Source: Candidatus Lindowbacteria bacterium RIFCSPLOWO2_12_FULL_62_27 (GTDB taxonomy: Bacteria; Lindowbacteria; 2-12-FULL-62-27). Taken from it: DNA of 64,000 nucleotides. The stretch lies in the NCBI GenBank assembly GCA_001784175.1, contig MFPR01000004.1:372001-436000 (forward strand). The letters run 5' to 3'. Of the stretch, positions 18,574 through 30,074 are shown one piece after another. The notes below the pieces were generated by a model. It did not search any database, was not told the origin of the DNA, and saw only the letters and a program-made list of their open reading frames with translations. Position 1 is the stretch's first letter; each line of letters begins with the position of its first letter. The translations under genes were made by a program, and so were the position numbers.

Positions 18574-19841
18574 GCCGGCGCCTCTGCAAATTTTTCCGCG
18601 GCTCCCACCCGAATCTCCCCCGACAACAGCTTCGGCAATAGCGCGTCCCGGATGGCAGCGAGGGTGCGGGATTCGAATAGATTTGCGGAGATTCGATTTA
18701 ACAATGGCTCAACAGACCGATCAAATGCTTGAGCCTGCGTTACAGGTGGAACTAATGCTTTTACCGTCGTGAAAGTTTGCCGCGTGATTGTCGAAAATAC
18801 TGTGCCGTGGGTCTGCTGCTGGAGATCTCCAACCACTTTTCGCAAGGAATAGTACGTGAACAAGTCGGGATAGCCATGCGTACCCCGAACACCATAGCAT
18901 GACTGGTTCATTGCCATAGGAACGGCCGTCAATGCCAGTTTGCCGACCGTCCCTCTCGCCGTTATTATCGTTGTTCCCATGGGCAGAATTTGAGTTGCGC
19001 TACTTTCAACGCCTGCCGCCGCGATGTGTCGTTTCGTGTCGATGACAAAAACATCGTGATCGTTCGGCGCATCTTCCACTGAGTACCATGGAATATTCCC
19101 GTCCCAATATTCAGTCACTGATGTTTTCGGTGTACCCCCGCTTAGGATTTCGATCGATTCGTTGATAACGCCTTCACGCCACCCCCTCGGAACCTCTCCG
19201 ATTTCAGAATCCTGAAACGACTCCGGAAACAGCGCGGCGGTTTCGGGGTCCATGCCGGCTGGGGCGCGGCCCTCGGCCTTGGCACGGACGGGGTCGAAGT
19301 CCACGAACCACGATTTGAAGATCGCCCGGGCCATGGCCTCCAGCGTCTCGTTCATCTTGCGGTTCAATTCGATCTTGTCGTCCAGCGCGCCCAGAATGTG
19401 GGCGATGGCGCGTTGGTCGTTCACCGGGATGTCCGGGAATGGAATAGAAGAAAGCTGCTGAGACGATACATTTGGAAATGTTGAACCTGTTGCCTGCGCC
19501 AACAGGCTTGGTAGCGAGTCTTCGATCACGGCACGGATCAACGGCTGAAGTTCAGGCCAGCTCTTATGACGGATCGCGGCGACACCCCGACCAATCGCAT
19601 ATTCTTGGTCTGCCCAGTTCATTCGACCTGTTGTAGACCCACGGACACAAAATAGGATGTCACCATGGAGCGCATGTTTGCGTACATCCGACGTGTACTG
19701 AGCCGGCAATGGATGATGCGGCCCGAATTCCGTAGGCCCGTTCAGGAGGGGCAGCCCTCTTCGTTCAGAAAATACGGTATTCCCCGGCGGGGACTGTCCC
19801 ATGATAATGTCCGCAACGTCAGAGAGATTTTCACCCCCCAT
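18570..19841 (-). CDS. hsdS: type I restriction-modification specificity subunit S
   Basis: Two TRDs (MGQSP; GGTP.T....YW); LDDKIELN..MNETLEAMARAIFKSWF; RDALLPKLLSGE. Confidence 0.95.
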   Translation of the reverse strand: MGGENLSDVADIIMGQSPPGNTVFSERRGLPLLNGPTEFGPHHPLPAQYTSDVRKHALHGDILFCVRGSTTGRMNWADQEYAIGRGVAAIRHKSWPELQPLIRAVIEDSLPSLLAQATGSTFPNVSSQQLSSIPFPDIPVNDQRAIAHILGALDDKIELNRKMNETLEAMARAIFKSWFVDFDPVRAKAEGRAPAGMDPETAALFPESFQDSEIGEVPRGWREGVINESIEILSGGTPKTSVTEYWDGNIPWYSVEDAPNDHDVFVIDTKRHIAAAGVESSATQILPMGTTIITARGTVGKLALTAVPMAMNQSCYGVRGTHGYPDLFTYYSLRKVVGDLQQQTHGTVFSTITRQTFTTVKALVPPVTQAQAFDRSVEPLLNRISANLFESRTLAAIRDALLPKLLSGEIRVGAAEKFAEAPA

Positions 19842-20056
19842 ACTCGACCTCCTTGGGAGTGTCTTTGAGCTTTGTCGCCGACATTTCGATCATGCCTTCT
19901 TTCGCCGGTAATCGTTTTTGTCGATGCAGGCGTCGTACAAGGCGCGGTCAAATTTGATAAAAAAATAACCCCGTCGGAGGCCCTTCGGCTGATCCTTCGG
20001 GGAGCAAGTGATGAATCCATTATCGGCTGTGATAAGGAATTGGTCAAGAATCATTT

Positions 20057-21163
20057 TCACTTCCCCAATTCCTTCTCGATTTCCTCGATGGTTGGAAGCG
20101 ACCCCTTCAGTTCCTTGGGCAGCGACTTGACGATTTTTGTTTCCCACTGCGCCACGCCGACGGGTTTTTTGAGGTCGCGCAGGGCGTATTCCACGACGAG
20201 GCGATTTTTCGAGCGGCAGAGGAGCAGTCCGATCGTGGGCTTGTCGTCGGGATGTTTCAGAAGATCATCCACCGCCGAAAGATACATGTTGATTTGGCCG
20301 ACGAAGCCCGGCTCGAACGCGCCGGCCTTCAATTCGATGACGACGTAACAGCGGAGTTTGAGGTGGTAGAACAGAAGGTCGAGACGGAAGTCCTGATTGC
20401 CGACCTCCAGCGGCACCTGGCGTCCGACAAACGCGAACCCCGCGCCCAGTTCCAACAGGAACTTCTGCAGATGCTCCATGAGCGCATGCTCGATCTCGAC
20501 CTCGCGGCGGTGGTCGGCGGTTCCGAGGAAGTCGAAGAGGTACGGATCCTTGAAGACCTGCGCGGCCATGTCCGACTCGGCCGGCGGCATCGTGAGCGCG
20601 AAATTGGTGACGGCCTTGCCTTGGCGTACGTGGGCGTGGCCATCGATCTGAAGGCACAGGATGGGCTGGCTCCAGCCGTGACGTTGTGTCTGCTCGGCAT
20701 ACCAGAGGCGAGTATCCCTGTCGTTTAGGCGTTCGATCAGGGCAATGTTTTGCCTCCACGGCAATTGTGCAACGACCCGTTGCACAATTGACTTGTTCGG
20801 CCATGCCGCCGCGAAGGCGCGCATGTATTTAAGATTTCGAGGTGAGAATCCCTTCATATCCGGAAATGCCTCACGAAGATCAACGGCAAGACGGTCGATG
20901 ACCTTTGCTCCCCATCCAGCCTTGTCCTGGCGATCCAGAATCTCCCGGCCGATATCCCAATACAGCGTCACCATCGCGGCATTGGCGGCAAGAACGGTTC
21001 GCAACCGCTCCCGGCCGATACGCTCTTTGATCCTCCGCAAGACCTCGGCATAGTCCTTGGGCAAAGCCGCGCGCAGCAGCGCCACGGGAAATGACGCTTC
21101 ACTGCGCGTGCGTCCGAGGGCGAGACGCTTCTTCATATCCGCGTTCCGCTTCTTACCAGCCAT
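20057..21163 (-). CDS. DUF1016 / YhcG-family PD-(D/E)XK nuclease
   Basis: [52 protein letters not shown]. Confidence 0.9.
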   Translation of the reverse strand: MAGKKRNADMKKRLALGRTRSEASFPVALLRAALPKDYAEVLRRIKERIGRERLRTVLAANAAMVTLYWDIGREILDRQDKAGWGAKVIDRLAVDLREAFPDMKGFSPRNLKYMRAFAAAWPNKSIVQRVVAQLPWRQNIALIERLNDRDTRLWYAEQTQRHGWSQPILCLQIDGHAHVRQGKAVTNFALTMPPAESDMAAQVFKDPYLFDFLGTADHRREVEIEHALMEHLQKFLLELGAGFAFVGRQVPLEVGNQDFRLDLLFYHLKLRCYVVIELKAGAFEPGFVGQINMYLSAVDDLLKHPDDKPTIGLLLCRSKNRLVVEYALRDLKKPVGVAQWETKIVKSLPKELKGSLPTIEEIEKELGK

Positions 21164-22751
21164 ACCCCAGCCCCTTGATATTCTTGTAAATCTCTTTTTC
21201 CAGCCGCGCGGATTCAGTAAACTGTTTCGATAGTTCCGACGTCAGCCGTTTCATCTTTTCCTCAAACGGCTCGCCGTCGTCCTCAATTTCTTCCGCGCCC
21301 ACGTAACGGCCGGGCGTGAGCACGTGGCTGTGCTTGCCGATCTCGTCGGCCTTTGCCGCCTTGCAGAATCCGGCCACGTCCGCGTATTTGCCGGCGCCCT
21401 TGTCGCCGCGCCATGCGTGGTACGTTCCGGCGATGCGGGCAACGTCTTCAGTTGTCAGTTCGCGGTGGACTCGGTCGATGAGACGGCCGAGTTTCCGGGC
21501 GTCGATGAAGAGCGTCTCGCCGCGGCGTTCGCGGAATCGCTTGTCCGCCTTGTTGCGCGCGATGAACCAGAGGCAGACCGGAATCTGCGTCGAATAAAAA
21601 AGCTGGCCGGGCATGGCCACCATGCAGTCGACGATGTCGGCTTCAATCATGTTTTTTCGGATTTCTCCTTCGCCGGACTGGTTCGATGACATGGAACCAT
21701 TGGCCAGAACAAATCCGGCCAGGCCGTTCGGCGCCAGATGATGGATGAAATGCTGGACCCACGCGAAGTTGGCGTTGCCGGCCGGCGGAACGCCAAACCG
21801 CCAGCGCGGATCTTCGCGCAGGCGATCGCCACCCCAGTCGCTGTCGTTGAACGGCGGATTGGCGAGGACGTAATCGGCTTTGAGATCCTTTTGCAGATTG
21901 CGGTGAAAGCTGTTTGCGTGTTCGGCGCCGATGTTGCTGTCGATGCCGCGAATGGCAAGATTCATCTTGGCGAGCCGCCACGTCGTCGGGTTGGATTCCT
22001 GGCCGTAGATGCTGATGTCGCCCACCTTGCCGCCGTGAGCCTCGACAAATTTTTCGCTCTGAACAAACATTCCGCCGGAGCCGCAACAGGGGTCAAACAC
22101 GCGGCCCTTGTAGGGCGCCAGCATTTCAACAAGCACCTGGACAACACAGCGCGGCGTATAGAACTGTCCGCCTTTCTTGCCTTCGGCGCTGGCGAACTGT
22201 GAAAGAAAATATTCGTACACGCGCCCGAGGATGTCCTTCGAGCGATTCTCTTTGTCTCCAAGGCCGATCGTTCCGACAAGGTCGATCAACTCACCGAGGC
22301 TCTGCTTGTCGAGTGCCGGCCGGGCGTAGTCTTTGGAGAGGACGCCTTTGAGAGACGGATTGTCGCGTTCGATGGCGACCATCGCATCATCAACGAGTTT
22401 GCCGATCTTGGGCTGTTTGGCGTTGTCCTGCAAGCGCGCCCAGCGGGCCTCTTTGGGAACCCAGAAAACATTCTCCGCGCGGTATTCATCCGGGTCTTCC
22501 GGGTCCGTACCTCGACTTTTTGCCGAGACGAGTTTTGTGTGAAGTTCTTCGAAGGCGTCGGAAATATATTTCAGGAAAATAAGCCCGAGGGCGACGTGTT
22601 TATATTCGGCAGCGTCCATGTTGTTTCGGAGTTTGTCCGCAGCGGACCAAAGGGTCGCTTCAAACCCGAGGTTGGCCGACCCGACCGTGCGTGTCAGCAA
22701 ATCCTTCAATTGCTGCGGAACCCTCAATGGTTTGGCCTTTGGCCGAGACAT
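21153..22751 (-). CDS. hsdM: type I restriction-modification methyltransferase subunit M
   Basis: [29 protein letters not shown]. Confidence 0.97.
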   Translation of the reverse strand: MSRPKAKPLRVPQQLKDLLTRTVGSANLGFEATLWSAADKLRNNMDAAEYKHVALGLIFLKYISDAFEELHTKLVSAKSRGTDPEDPDEYRAENVFWVPKEARWARLQDNAKQPKIGKLVDDAMVAIERDNPSLKGVLSKDYARPALDKQSLGELIDLVGTIGLGDKENRSKDILGRVYEYFLSQFASAEGKKGGQFYTPRCVVQVLVEMLAPYKGRVFDPCCGSGGMFVQSEKFVEAHGGKVGDISIYGQESNPTTWRLAKMNLAIRGIDSNIGAEHANSFHRNLQKDLKADYVLANPPFNDSDWGGDRLREDPRWRFGVPPAGNANFAWVQHFIHHLAPNGLAGFVLANGSMSSNQSGEGEIRKNMIEADIVDCMVAMPGQLFYSTQIPVCLWFIARNKADKRFRERRGETLFIDARKLGRLIDRVHRELTTEDVARIAGTYHAWRGDKGAGKYADVAGFCKAAKADEIGKHSHVLTPGRYVGAEEIEDDGEPFEEKMKRLTSELSKQFTESARLEKEIYKNIKGLGYGW

Positions 22752-22853
22752 GATCTCTCTATATCTTAAATTTGCTCTTTCGGCCAAGTGACGCCTTATT
22801 GGATAAGGTCAAAAGAAAACCTCGTTTTTCTCTCTGGAAAACCTGAAGTCAAG

Positions 22854-23807
22854 TCACCGGCGCCCGGTTTCCAGCGCGGGGTCCGAAAACAGAAACGCGA
22901 TGATCGACCGGACGATGGAGTCGACGATGTCGGATTTTTCCGATTTCACGTGCGTCGTGCTCATCCAGCGAATCTGTTTCGGTTCCTTCGCGCGATCATA
23001 GAGCGATTGCGCCGATTCGGGCGGGAAATATTTGTCGTGGGTCGTCGCCAGAATCACCAGTTCCCGCGGGGCGATCCGGTCGACATAGCGCACCGGATCG
23101 AACGTGCCGAACAGCCATTCGGACAGCACGGCATACACCTCCACCGGGTGGCCCTTTTCTCGAAACCTCCGGTATCCTTTCACCAGCACCGGGAAATTTC
23201 CGCCGCCATGGACCACCAGCATCTTTGAAATCCGGGGATCCAGCGCCGTATGGATGGTGCCGAAAAAGGATCCCAGGCTGGCGCCGACCACGAACATTTG
23301 CGAAGCGCTCAATCGCTCGCGGTCGACCAGAAAACTCGTCGCCAGGATGCCGCCGCCGACCACGGCATACGCGTCCGACCGGACGGTCCAGGGGAACCGG
23401 ACGTATTCCAAAAACTTCCGCGGGCGGCGATACGGATACTGCACCGCACAGACCACCAGATCGGACCGGTCCGGGATGAGGTCCAGAATGACGGCTTTGG
23501 TTTTGACGCCCGCGTACAACACCAGAACCTTGTAGGGATCCGACAGCCGCCGGGGACGGCGATACAGGCAATCGACGAGATATTCGCCGCGCGTGTTATA
23601 CAGTTTCAACTCGTGGATGATCGATGTGTCGGTTTCGCGGGTCGATACCGTCTCGACGCGGCCCAATTCACCCGCGACGTCGAGAAAAACGCCGGTCTTG
23701 TCGAGATTCAGATACCACACCACCGTCGCAACGCCCCCACCGGCGCACGCCGCGCACAGGAGCGTCCATAGAAACGCCTTTTTCAGAAATCCCGGCACGC
23801 TCTTCAT
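22854..23807 (-). CDS. alpha/beta hydrolase-fold protein with N-terminal membrane anchor
   Basis: G.S.G nucleophile elbow (GASLG), D...P, C-terminal His. Confidence 0.7.
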   Translation of the reverse strand: MKSVPGFLKKAFLWTLLCAACAGGGVATVVWYLNLDKTGVFLDVAGELGRVETVSTRETDTSIIHELKLYNTRGEYLVDCLYRRPRRLSDPYKVLVLYAGVKTKAVILDLIPDRSDLVVCAVQYPYRRPRKFLEYVRFPWTVRSDAYAVVGGGILATSFLVDRERLSASQMFVVGASLGSFFGTIHTALDPRISKMLVVHGGGNFPVLVKGYRRFREKGHPVEVYAVLSEWLFGTFDPVRYVDRIAPRELVILATTHDKYFPPESAQSLYDRAKEPKQIRWMSTTHVKSEKSDIVDSIVRSIIAFLFSDPALETGRR

Positions 23808-23811
23808 GTCA

Positions 23812-25200
23812 TCAATAGATCGTCACAATCTTGGTTCCTGGAAAATAAAATTTCAGGATTTGCGCACAGGTCAGCCCCTGCTCAGCCGCCGACTTGGCGC
23901 TCCACTGCGACAGACCCACGCCATGGCCCCAGCCCCGGCCCTGCACACCCAGACGGCCGTTCTTGTATGAGAAATCCGTCCAGAGCAGCGACCGGAGGCG
24001 GTCCGGGCCGATGCTCAGCCGGAATTTGCCCGCCGGGACGGTGACCCGGCCGCGCGTGCCCGTCAGCGACAGAAGCCGGACGCGGCCGCCGGCGGTCTTC
24101 TCGGCCACTTCGAAATTCCGGAGCCGGCCGACCTTCGCACGCGCGCTCCGGTCGAGCGCTTTCAGAATTTCCGGCTCGTCGAATTCCGCCTCCCATGACG
24201 CCCGCGGCGATGCGCCCGAGTATGGATCAGGTTTCGAGATCAGATACGGATAGGCGCGGCCCCAAATATCCCCCGACGATTCCAGCGTCCCACCCGACTC
24301 CGAATGAAAGACGGCTTCGATCAATTCCCCCCCGTACGTCAACACCTGGCCGCGCGTCGCGTCGACCGCCGCGGACGACCGCGGATCCTCCGAGGACCGG
24401 CCGCGGTACACCTGGATCGAAACGTCCGACGCGAGTCTTACCGGCCGTCCCGACGACGACCGCGCAAGGTCCATCCGGCGGAGCACAAACGTGCGGGACG
24501 CGACCGCCTGGGCCTTCAGCGCCTCCTCCGGCCACCCGGGGCCGACTTCATTTTTCAGGACGCCGTAGAGGTACTCCTCCACAGGAAGAGAATTCACAAG
24601 AACGAGTCGACCTTTCTCCACGGATATCTCCATTTTCCCGCGAAAGCTGCGCCCATTGAACCGCGATTCCGGCGGGAGAAGATAGGGCGATTCCACGCGC
24701 CGGCCGTTTTTCAAGACCGCCTGGCCCGACCGCGAGAACCGGTCGCGGTTGACGGTCAGCGTCTGGCCCGATCCGATCTCGATCTGCACCTCAGGCCCGG
24801 CCGTCCTGCCGACCGGGGCCGCAACCGGCGGCGCGTAGGTCTGAAGCAGAAACCGGCTCTCGGCCGCCCACTCGGAGTTTGGCGTGACTGCATCCAGCGC
24901 GGATTTCGCGTCGGGCCACCGGCCCTGTTTGCAGAAAACGAATCCGAGCACGAAGAGATATGCGTCCCGGTCCTCGCCCCGGGCCGTTTTCAGTTCCGCC
25001 TGGATCTTCTGCTCCGCTTGTTCGTATTTTTTCGCCTCGATCAATTCGAACACGGCGCGCGCCGGCCCGGCCGGCGTCGGAGACGCCGGCACTTGGGGCG
25101 CCGGAGGCGCTGACCCGGCACCGGCCACCGCCGGCGAGACCAGCGCCAGCCCCACGACGAAAACGGCGAGTCTCGAAACCGCCAAAAATGTCAGCCGCAC
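23812..25200 (-). CDS. SpoIID/LytB-domain protein with TPR-like segment
   Basis: EEYLYGV...E, ALKAQAVASRT, QVYRG, G.GHGVGLSQW; signal peptide. Confidence 0.9.
   Translation of the reverse strand: MRLTFLAVSRLAVFVVGLALVSPAVAGAGSAPPAPQVPASPTPAGPARAVFELIEAKKYEQAEQKIQAELKTARGEDRDAYLFVLGFVFCKQGRWPDAKSALDAVTPNSEWAAESRFLLQTYAPPVAAPVGRTAGPEVQIEIGSGQTLTVNRDRFSRSGQAVLKNGRRVESPYLLPPESRFNGRSFRGKMEISVEKGRLVLVNSLPVEEYLYGVLKNEVGPGWPEEALKAQAVASRTFVLRRMDLARSSSGRPVRLASDVSIQVYRGRSSEDPRSSAAVDATRGQVLTYGGELIEAVFHSESGGTLESSGDIWGRAYPYLISKPDPYSGASPRASWEAEFDEPEILKALDRSARAKVGRLRNFEVAEKTAGGRVRLLSLTGTRGRVTVPAGKFRLSIGPDRLRSLLWTDFSYKNGRLGVQGRGWGHGVGLSQWSAKSAAEQGLTCAQILKFYFPGTKIVTIY
25067..25119. repeat. 53-bp double-hairpin intragenic repeat, copy 1
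   Basis: CCGGCCGGCGTCGGAGACGCCGGCACTTGGGGCGCCGGAGGCGCTGACCCGGC; recurs near 32320 and 60723. Confidence 0.9.
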
Positions 25201-26381
25201 AGCGGCAGCGCCTCCCGCACCGTGATGAAGGAACCCGTGACAACCATCCGGCCGTTTTCCGGGAGGCGGCGCATCGCGGCGGACCAGGCGCGTTTCATCG
25301 GCGCGGGAGGATGGACGTCGATCCCCCGCGCCCGGGCGAGCCGGAGGAAGGGCCTCCAGAGCCGCATCGGTTTGGATCTCGCGTGGGCCAGGCGGATCAA
25401 TCGAACGGAGTCGCCGCAGCCCAAGTGAGGCAGAATTCTTTCCTCGCCACGCTTTTGCCGCTGCATGCCCAGAAGAACGGCCAGAGGACGCTCCGGGAAT
25501 TTCTTGCGCAGATACGCGAACAGCGCGCCCAAGGCCTGTTCGTTATGGGCGACATCCAGCAAAACGGAACGGCGCCACTCGAACCGCCCTGGGAGCGATG
25601 CGCGGCGAAGGCCAGCACGCGCCACGGCAGGACGAAAGTCCGATTTCAAGATTTTCCTGGCGGCCAGAAGCGCCAGTGCGAGGTCCGATCCGTAGATCTC
25701 CGCCGGCAGCCGGCCGGAATGAATCCGACGCGTGGACAAGAAAACAGGACGCGCGCGACACGTGGCCGCCACACGGCGGATGGCCAGACGCGCGGCCGTC
25801 GGTACGGGGCCGACAAGAAGGGGACGGGCCCGGCGGGCGATGTGAGCTTTGTCCCATGCGATTTTTTCAACTGTCCGGCCCAGAAACTCCATATGATCAA
25901 GCCCGATGGTCGTCAGAATGGACAGACGGGGATCCGCGGCGTTCGTCGCGTCCCACCGGCCGCCCATCCCGACCTCCATCACCGCCCACGCCACTTCGTG
26001 TTTCGCAAAGAGCCGGTATGCGAGGAACGTCAGAAACTCGAATTCCGTGAGCCGCACCCGCATCTCCGACAGAAGCGCCCGTTGGGACGCAACCTCCCGC
26101 GAAAACTCGGCCGCCCCCACGGATCGGCCGTCGATTTCGTAACGTTCCCTGAACGACCGAAGATGCGGCGAGGTGTACAGACCCACGCGCCGCCCATGCG
26201 CCAGCAGGATCTCCGACAGAGCCTTCGCGCAGGTGCCCTTGCCGTTCGTCCCGCCCACCAGCACCACGCCGTACCGGCGGTCCGGCCGGCCCGCGCGGTG
26301 GAGCGCCGCGCGGATCCGCTCCAGCGACGGACGGATTCCCCGCTTGGCGAGATGGTCCAGATACGTTGCGGGATTCTTCAC
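25191..26381 (-). CDS. folC: folylpolyglutamate/dihydrofolate synthase
   Basis: GTNGKG, YTSPHL, EVGMGGRWDATN, DVAHN; GTG start overlapping the accD stop. Confidence 0.92.
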   Translation of the reverse strand: MKNPATYLDHLAKRGIRPSLERIRAALHRAGRPDRRYGVVLVGGTNGKGTCAKALSEILLAHGRRVGLYTSPHLRSFRERYEIDGRSVGAAEFSREVASQRALLSEMRVRLTEFEFLTFLAYRLFAKHEVAWAVMEVGMGGRWDATNAADPRLSILTTIGLDHMEFLGRTVEKIAWDKAHIARRARPLLVGPVPTAARLAIRRVAATCRARPVFLSTRRIHSGRLPAEIYGSDLALALLAARKILKSDFRPAVARAGLRRASLPGRFEWRRSVLLDVAHNEQALGALFAYLRKKFPERPLAVLLGMQRQKRGEERILPHLGCGDSVRLIRLAHARSKPMRLWRPFLRLARARGIDVHPPAPMKRAWSAAMRRLPENGRMVVTGSFITVREALPLCG

Positions 26382-27214
26382 AGCCAGGAAAAAATCTTGA
26401 TCAGCGTGGGTCGGACATCCTTTCGAGGAAGTACCATATCGAGAAATCCATGCTCCAGCAGAAACTCGGCCCGTTGAAATCCCGCCGGCAGTTTCTGCCG
26501 GATCGTCTGCTCGATCACCCGCGGGCCCGCAAACCCGATGAGCGCGCCCGATTCGCCGATCAGGACGTCGCCCAGCATCGCGAAGGACGCCGTCGTCCCG
26601 CCCGTCGTCGGATCGCACAGCAGGCTCACATACGGCCGCCGGCAGGCGCGCCGGTACCCGGCCACGGCCGCCGAGGTCTTGGCCATCTGCATCAGCGAAA
26701 AGATTCCTTCCTGCATGCGCGCGCCGCCGGACGAGGTCACCATCAGGACCGGGAGAGACTTCTCAGCCGCGTATTCGAATGTCCGCGCCACGCGCTCCCC
26801 CACCACCGTCCCCATGCTGCCGCCCATGAATCCGAATTCCATCACGCCCATCGCGGTCTCCATCCCGCCCAGTTTCCCCACGCCGGTCACGATCGCCTCC
26901 CGCGCGGACGCGTCTCCGGAAAGCTTGTCGCCGTAGCCCGGAAATCCCAGCGGATTGGCCGGCCGGATGTCCATGAACATCGGCTCAAACGCGCCGGCAT
27001 CCACGAGAACCTGGATCCGCTCGTCCGCCGACAGGCGCATGTGATAGGCGCAGTGGTGGCACACGCGGAGGTTCTTGATCAGCGTTTCCTGCAAAATGAG
27101 TTCCTTGCAGTTCGGACACGACTCCCATTTCGCGCCTTCCGGACCCGCCTGGATGGCCGGCGGTTTCGATACATTTTTGATGATGGTGTATTGATGCTTC
27201 TTGAACCACGCCAT
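26378..27214 (-). CDS. accD: acetyl-CoA carboxylase carboxyltransferase beta subunit
   Basis: C4 zinc finger, FMGGSMG.VVGE, SGGARMQEG, GFAGPRVIEQT. Confidence 0.97.
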   Translation of the reverse strand: MAWFKKHQYTIIKNVSKPPAIQAGPEGAKWESCPNCKELILQETLIKNLRVCHHCAYHMRLSADERIQVLVDAGAFEPMFMDIRPANPLGFPGYGDKLSGDASAREAIVTGVGKLGGMETAMGVMEFGFMGGSMGTVVGERVARTFEYAAEKSLPVLMVTSSGGARMQEGIFSLMQMAKTSAAVAGYRRACRRPYVSLLCDPTTGGTTASFAMLGDVLIGESGALIGFAGPRVIEQTIRQKLPAGFQRAEFLLEHGFLDMVLPRKDVRPTLIKIFSWL

Positions 27215-27223
27215 GGCGCAATC

Positions 27224-27982
27224 CTAGATGGCCGGCGGCCGAATGTCGATGCTCCGGCGAAGCTCCCTCAACAGCCGGCCGAACGGTCCGAGTCCCCGCC
27301 GAAGCGCCTCCAGCGCGGCGGTGCCGACGATCACGCCGTCCGACAGGCGCGCCAGCCGCGCGGCCCATGCGCCCGACCGCACGCCAAATCCGACGTAGAC
27401 CGGCGCGTGAGACACGCGGCGGATCGCCCGGACCCGGCCCGCAATTTCGCGTTCGGCGGCGGCCGACAGGCGCGCTCCGGTGATCCCGCGAAGGCTGACC
27501 ATGTAGATGAACGCGCCATCCCGCGCCGCATCCGCCACGCGGGCCAGCCGGTCATCGGCCGTCGTCGGCGCGACGAAGGGGACCAGATAAAATCCGCGCG
27601 GACGGAACGGCAGATACGTCACGAGTTCCTCCGCCGGCACGTCCGGCAAAATACAGCCGGCGAATCCTGCCCGGCGGATTTCCCCGAACGCGCCCGCCCA
27701 ACCCCGGACAAACAGAGGGTTCGCGTACGTCATGAGCGCCCGAGGCAGTCCCGGCGGCAGGCGCTGCGAAAGATCGAGGGCCCGGTCGTAATTCATTCCC
27801 GCGCGGATGGCCGCGCTCGACGTTTTCTGGATCGTGGGTCCGTCGGCGATCGGATCGGAAAACGGCAGGCCGACCTCCAGAAGGTCCGCGCCTTCCTCCG
27901 CCGCAACCTTCGCCGCCTTCAAAAACGTCGCGCGGTCCGGCCAGCCGGCCGTGAGATACACGACGAGGGATTTACCTGGCAT
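27224..27982 (-). CDS. trpA: tryptophan synthase alpha chain
   Basis: [29 protein letters not shown]. Confidence 0.97.
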   Translation of the reverse strand: MPGKSLVVYLTAGWPDRATFLKAAKVAAEEGADLLEVGLPFSDPIADGPTIQKTSSAAIRAGMNYDRALDLSQRLPPGLPRALMTYANPLFVRGWAGAFGEIRRAGFAGCILPDVPAEELVTYLPFRPRGFYLVPFVAPTTADDRLARVADAARDGAFIYMVSLRGITGARLSAAAEREIAGRVRAIRRVSHAPVYVGFGVRSGAWAARLARLSDGVIVGTAALEALRRGLGPFGRLLRELRRSIDIRPPAI

Positions 27983-29162
27983 GATCGAACAGCCTCGGAA
28001 TGTCCTTGTCGCCGCGGCCCGACAAATTGATGATCACGCGGTCGGCCCGCCGGTATCGGCGGCGCTCCTTCCAGAAGCCCGCCACCGCATGGGCGCTCTC
28101 AAACGCCGGCGGGATGCCCTCCAGGGTCGTCAGCCGGTGAAAGGCCTCCAGCGCCGCGCGGTCGCTCACCGCGAAGTACCTCGCCCGGCCGGTTTTTTTC
28201 AGGTAGGCGTGCTCGGGCCCGACGCCGGGATAGTCGAGACCGGCCGCGATGGAATGGACATCGGCGACGTTGCCGTCCGAATTCGAAAGCAAGAACGACT
28301 GCGATCCGTGCAGAATGCCGGGGCTGCCGCGCGTCAGGGTCGCCGAATGCCGGCCGCTCTTCAGGCCCGTCCCGCCCGCCTCCACACCGATCAGGTCCGC
28401 GCGCGTTCGAAGAAAAGCGTAGAAAATTCCCATCGCGTTGGACCCGCCGCCCACACAGGCATAGATCGCGCGCGGCGGCCCGCCGGCCTTCCGGCGAATC
28501 TGCCGCAGGGCCTCGCGGCCGATCACCGCCTGAAAGTCCCGGACCATCATCGGATACGGGTGCGGGCCCGCGACGGAACCGATCAGATAATACGTCGTCT
28601 CCACGTTCGTTACCCAGTCCCGCAACGCCTCGTTCATGGCGTCCTTCAATGTCTGCGACCCCGCCGTCACCTCCCGCACTTCCGCGCCCAGGAGTTTCAT
28701 CCGGAACACGTTCGGGGCCTGCCGCTCCACGTCTTTGGCGCCCATGTAGATCGTGCAGGCAAGTCCGAGTTTCGCGCAGACCGTCGCCGTCGCCACGCCG
28801 TGCTGGCCGGCGCCGGTCTCGGCGATCACCCGCCGTTTGCCCAGACGCCGCGCAAGAAGCGCCTGGCCGATGCAGTTGTTGATCTTGTGCGCGCCGGTGT
28901 GGCAAAGGTCTTCCCGCTTCAAATACACCCGGCACCCGGCCGCCTCGGATAGGCGGTCCGCCCGGTACAGGGGCGTCGGCCGGCCCGCAAAATCGGCCAG
29001 GAGCGCGGCCAATTCACGGCGAAATGCGCGGTCACGCCGCACTTTCCCGTATCCCGCCTCCAGCTCGAGGAGCGCGGTCATGAGCGTCTCGGGCACAAAC
29101 CGGCCGCCGAACGGGCCGAAATATCCGCGCCGATCGGGCAGAGACGGCAGTGGATGTTTCAA
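27972..29162 (-). CDS. trpB: tryptophan synthase beta chain
   Basis: [43 protein letters not shown]. Confidence 0.98.
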   Translation of the reverse strand: MKHPLPSLPDRRGYFGPFGGRFVPETLMTALLELEAGYGKVRRDRAFRRELAALLADFAGRPTPLYRADRLSEAAGCRVYLKREDLCHTGAHKINNCIGQALLARRLGKRRVIAETGAGQHGVATATVCAKLGLACTIYMGAKDVERQAPNVFRMKLLGAEVREVTAGSQTLKDAMNEALRDWVTNVETTYYLIGSVAGPHPYPMMVRDFQAVIGREALRQIRRKAGGPPRAIYACVGGGSNAMGIFYAFLRTRADLIGVEAGGTGLKSGRHSATLTRGSPGILHGSQSFLLSNSDGNVADVHSIAAGLDYPGVGPEHAYLKKTGRARYFAVSDRAALEAFHRLTTLEGIPPAFESAHAVAGFWKERRRYRRADRVIINLSGRGDKDIPRLFDHAR

Positions 29163-29166
29163 TATT

Positions 29167-29832
29167 TTAATGAACAGGAGAGGGAATAGACGCGATGCGG
29201 TGCAGGAGTTCCTGAACTTTGGCCGGATCCTTCACGCCCGGCGTTGTTTCGACGCTCGACGAAACGTCGACCGCGTAGGGATGGACCACCCGGATGGCCT
29301 CTTCCACATTCTCGACGTTGAGCCCGCCGGCCAGAATCAGCGGCATATCCGGGAACGCCTCCCGTATCGCGCAGGCCACTCGCCAGTCAAACCCCTCGCC
29401 AGACGCGGCGGAATCCAGGAGAATGCCGCCGACATGCGGAACATACGGCGCGATCTTGTCAGGCCCGAATCCGTTTTTGACCCGAAAGGCCTTGATGAGC
29501 CGGTTTTTGGGAAGCGCCGCGCAATACTCGGGCGTTTCCTGGCCGTGAAGCTGAATGTAGGACAAGCCGCAGAGTTGGGCCACTTTTTTGACCTGGCTGG
29601 CCTTTTCGTCCACGAAGACGCCAACCGCGTGTACGAACGGCGGCATATCCTCGATCCAGGCCTTGACCTGCGCGCCGACCACCGCCCGGGGAGACCCGTC
29701 GTAGAAAATGAACCCCACGGCATCCACTCCCAGCCGCGCCACTTCCTTGAGACTTGCGCGGTCTGATACCCCGCAAATCTTGACTTTGGGACCAAAGCTC
29801 CTGCAGGAGCCCGCCGAACCCATGAACGGCAT
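29167..29832 (-). CDS. trpF: phosphoribosylanthranilate isomerase
   Basis: VKICG, GFIF..SPR, QLHG.E, ILAGGL, VDVSS.VE. Confidence 0.95.
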   Translation of the reverse strand: MPFMGSAGSCRSFGPKVKICGVSDRASLKEVARLGVDAVGFIFYDGSPRAVVGAQVKAWIEDMPPFVHAVGVFVDEKASQVKKVAQLCGLSYIQLHGQETPEYCAALPKNRLIKAFRVKNGFGPDKIAPYVPHVGGILLDSAASGEGFDWRVACAIREAFPDMPLILAGGLNVENVEEAIRVVHPYAVDVSSSVETTPGVKDPAKVQELLHRIASIPSPVH

Positions 29833-29969
29833 GGTTCGATGACTGTAGCTAGGGGAGCATGGTCTGGCAAGTGCCAGAGCGCGGTTCCGAGGGAAAAAAA
29901 CTGCCGCCCAACCGTCTATATATATACATACATATATTATATAGAGTCCGGCGTTTCTTGCCGGAGGGC

Positions 29970-30050
29970 TTGCATTTGGCAAAAAGGGGGCATATACTCC
30001 GGGTGATTGTCTTACCCAGCGAATGCGTGGGCCGGTCCCACGCATTTTGT
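29970..30050 (+). promoter_or_regulatory. rimP-nusA-infB promoter and leader hairpin
   Basis: TTGCAT, 17 nt, TATACT (29970-29998); 10-bp hairpin 30022-30046 followed by Ts. Confidence 0.6.
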
Positions 30051-30074
30051 ATTGTTATGGGAGGTTTGGCGGTC

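Noticed and set aside
19742-20147. Small ORFs between the DUF1016 gene and hsdS
   Set aside because: No recognisable motifs and they overlap neighbours; not supportable.
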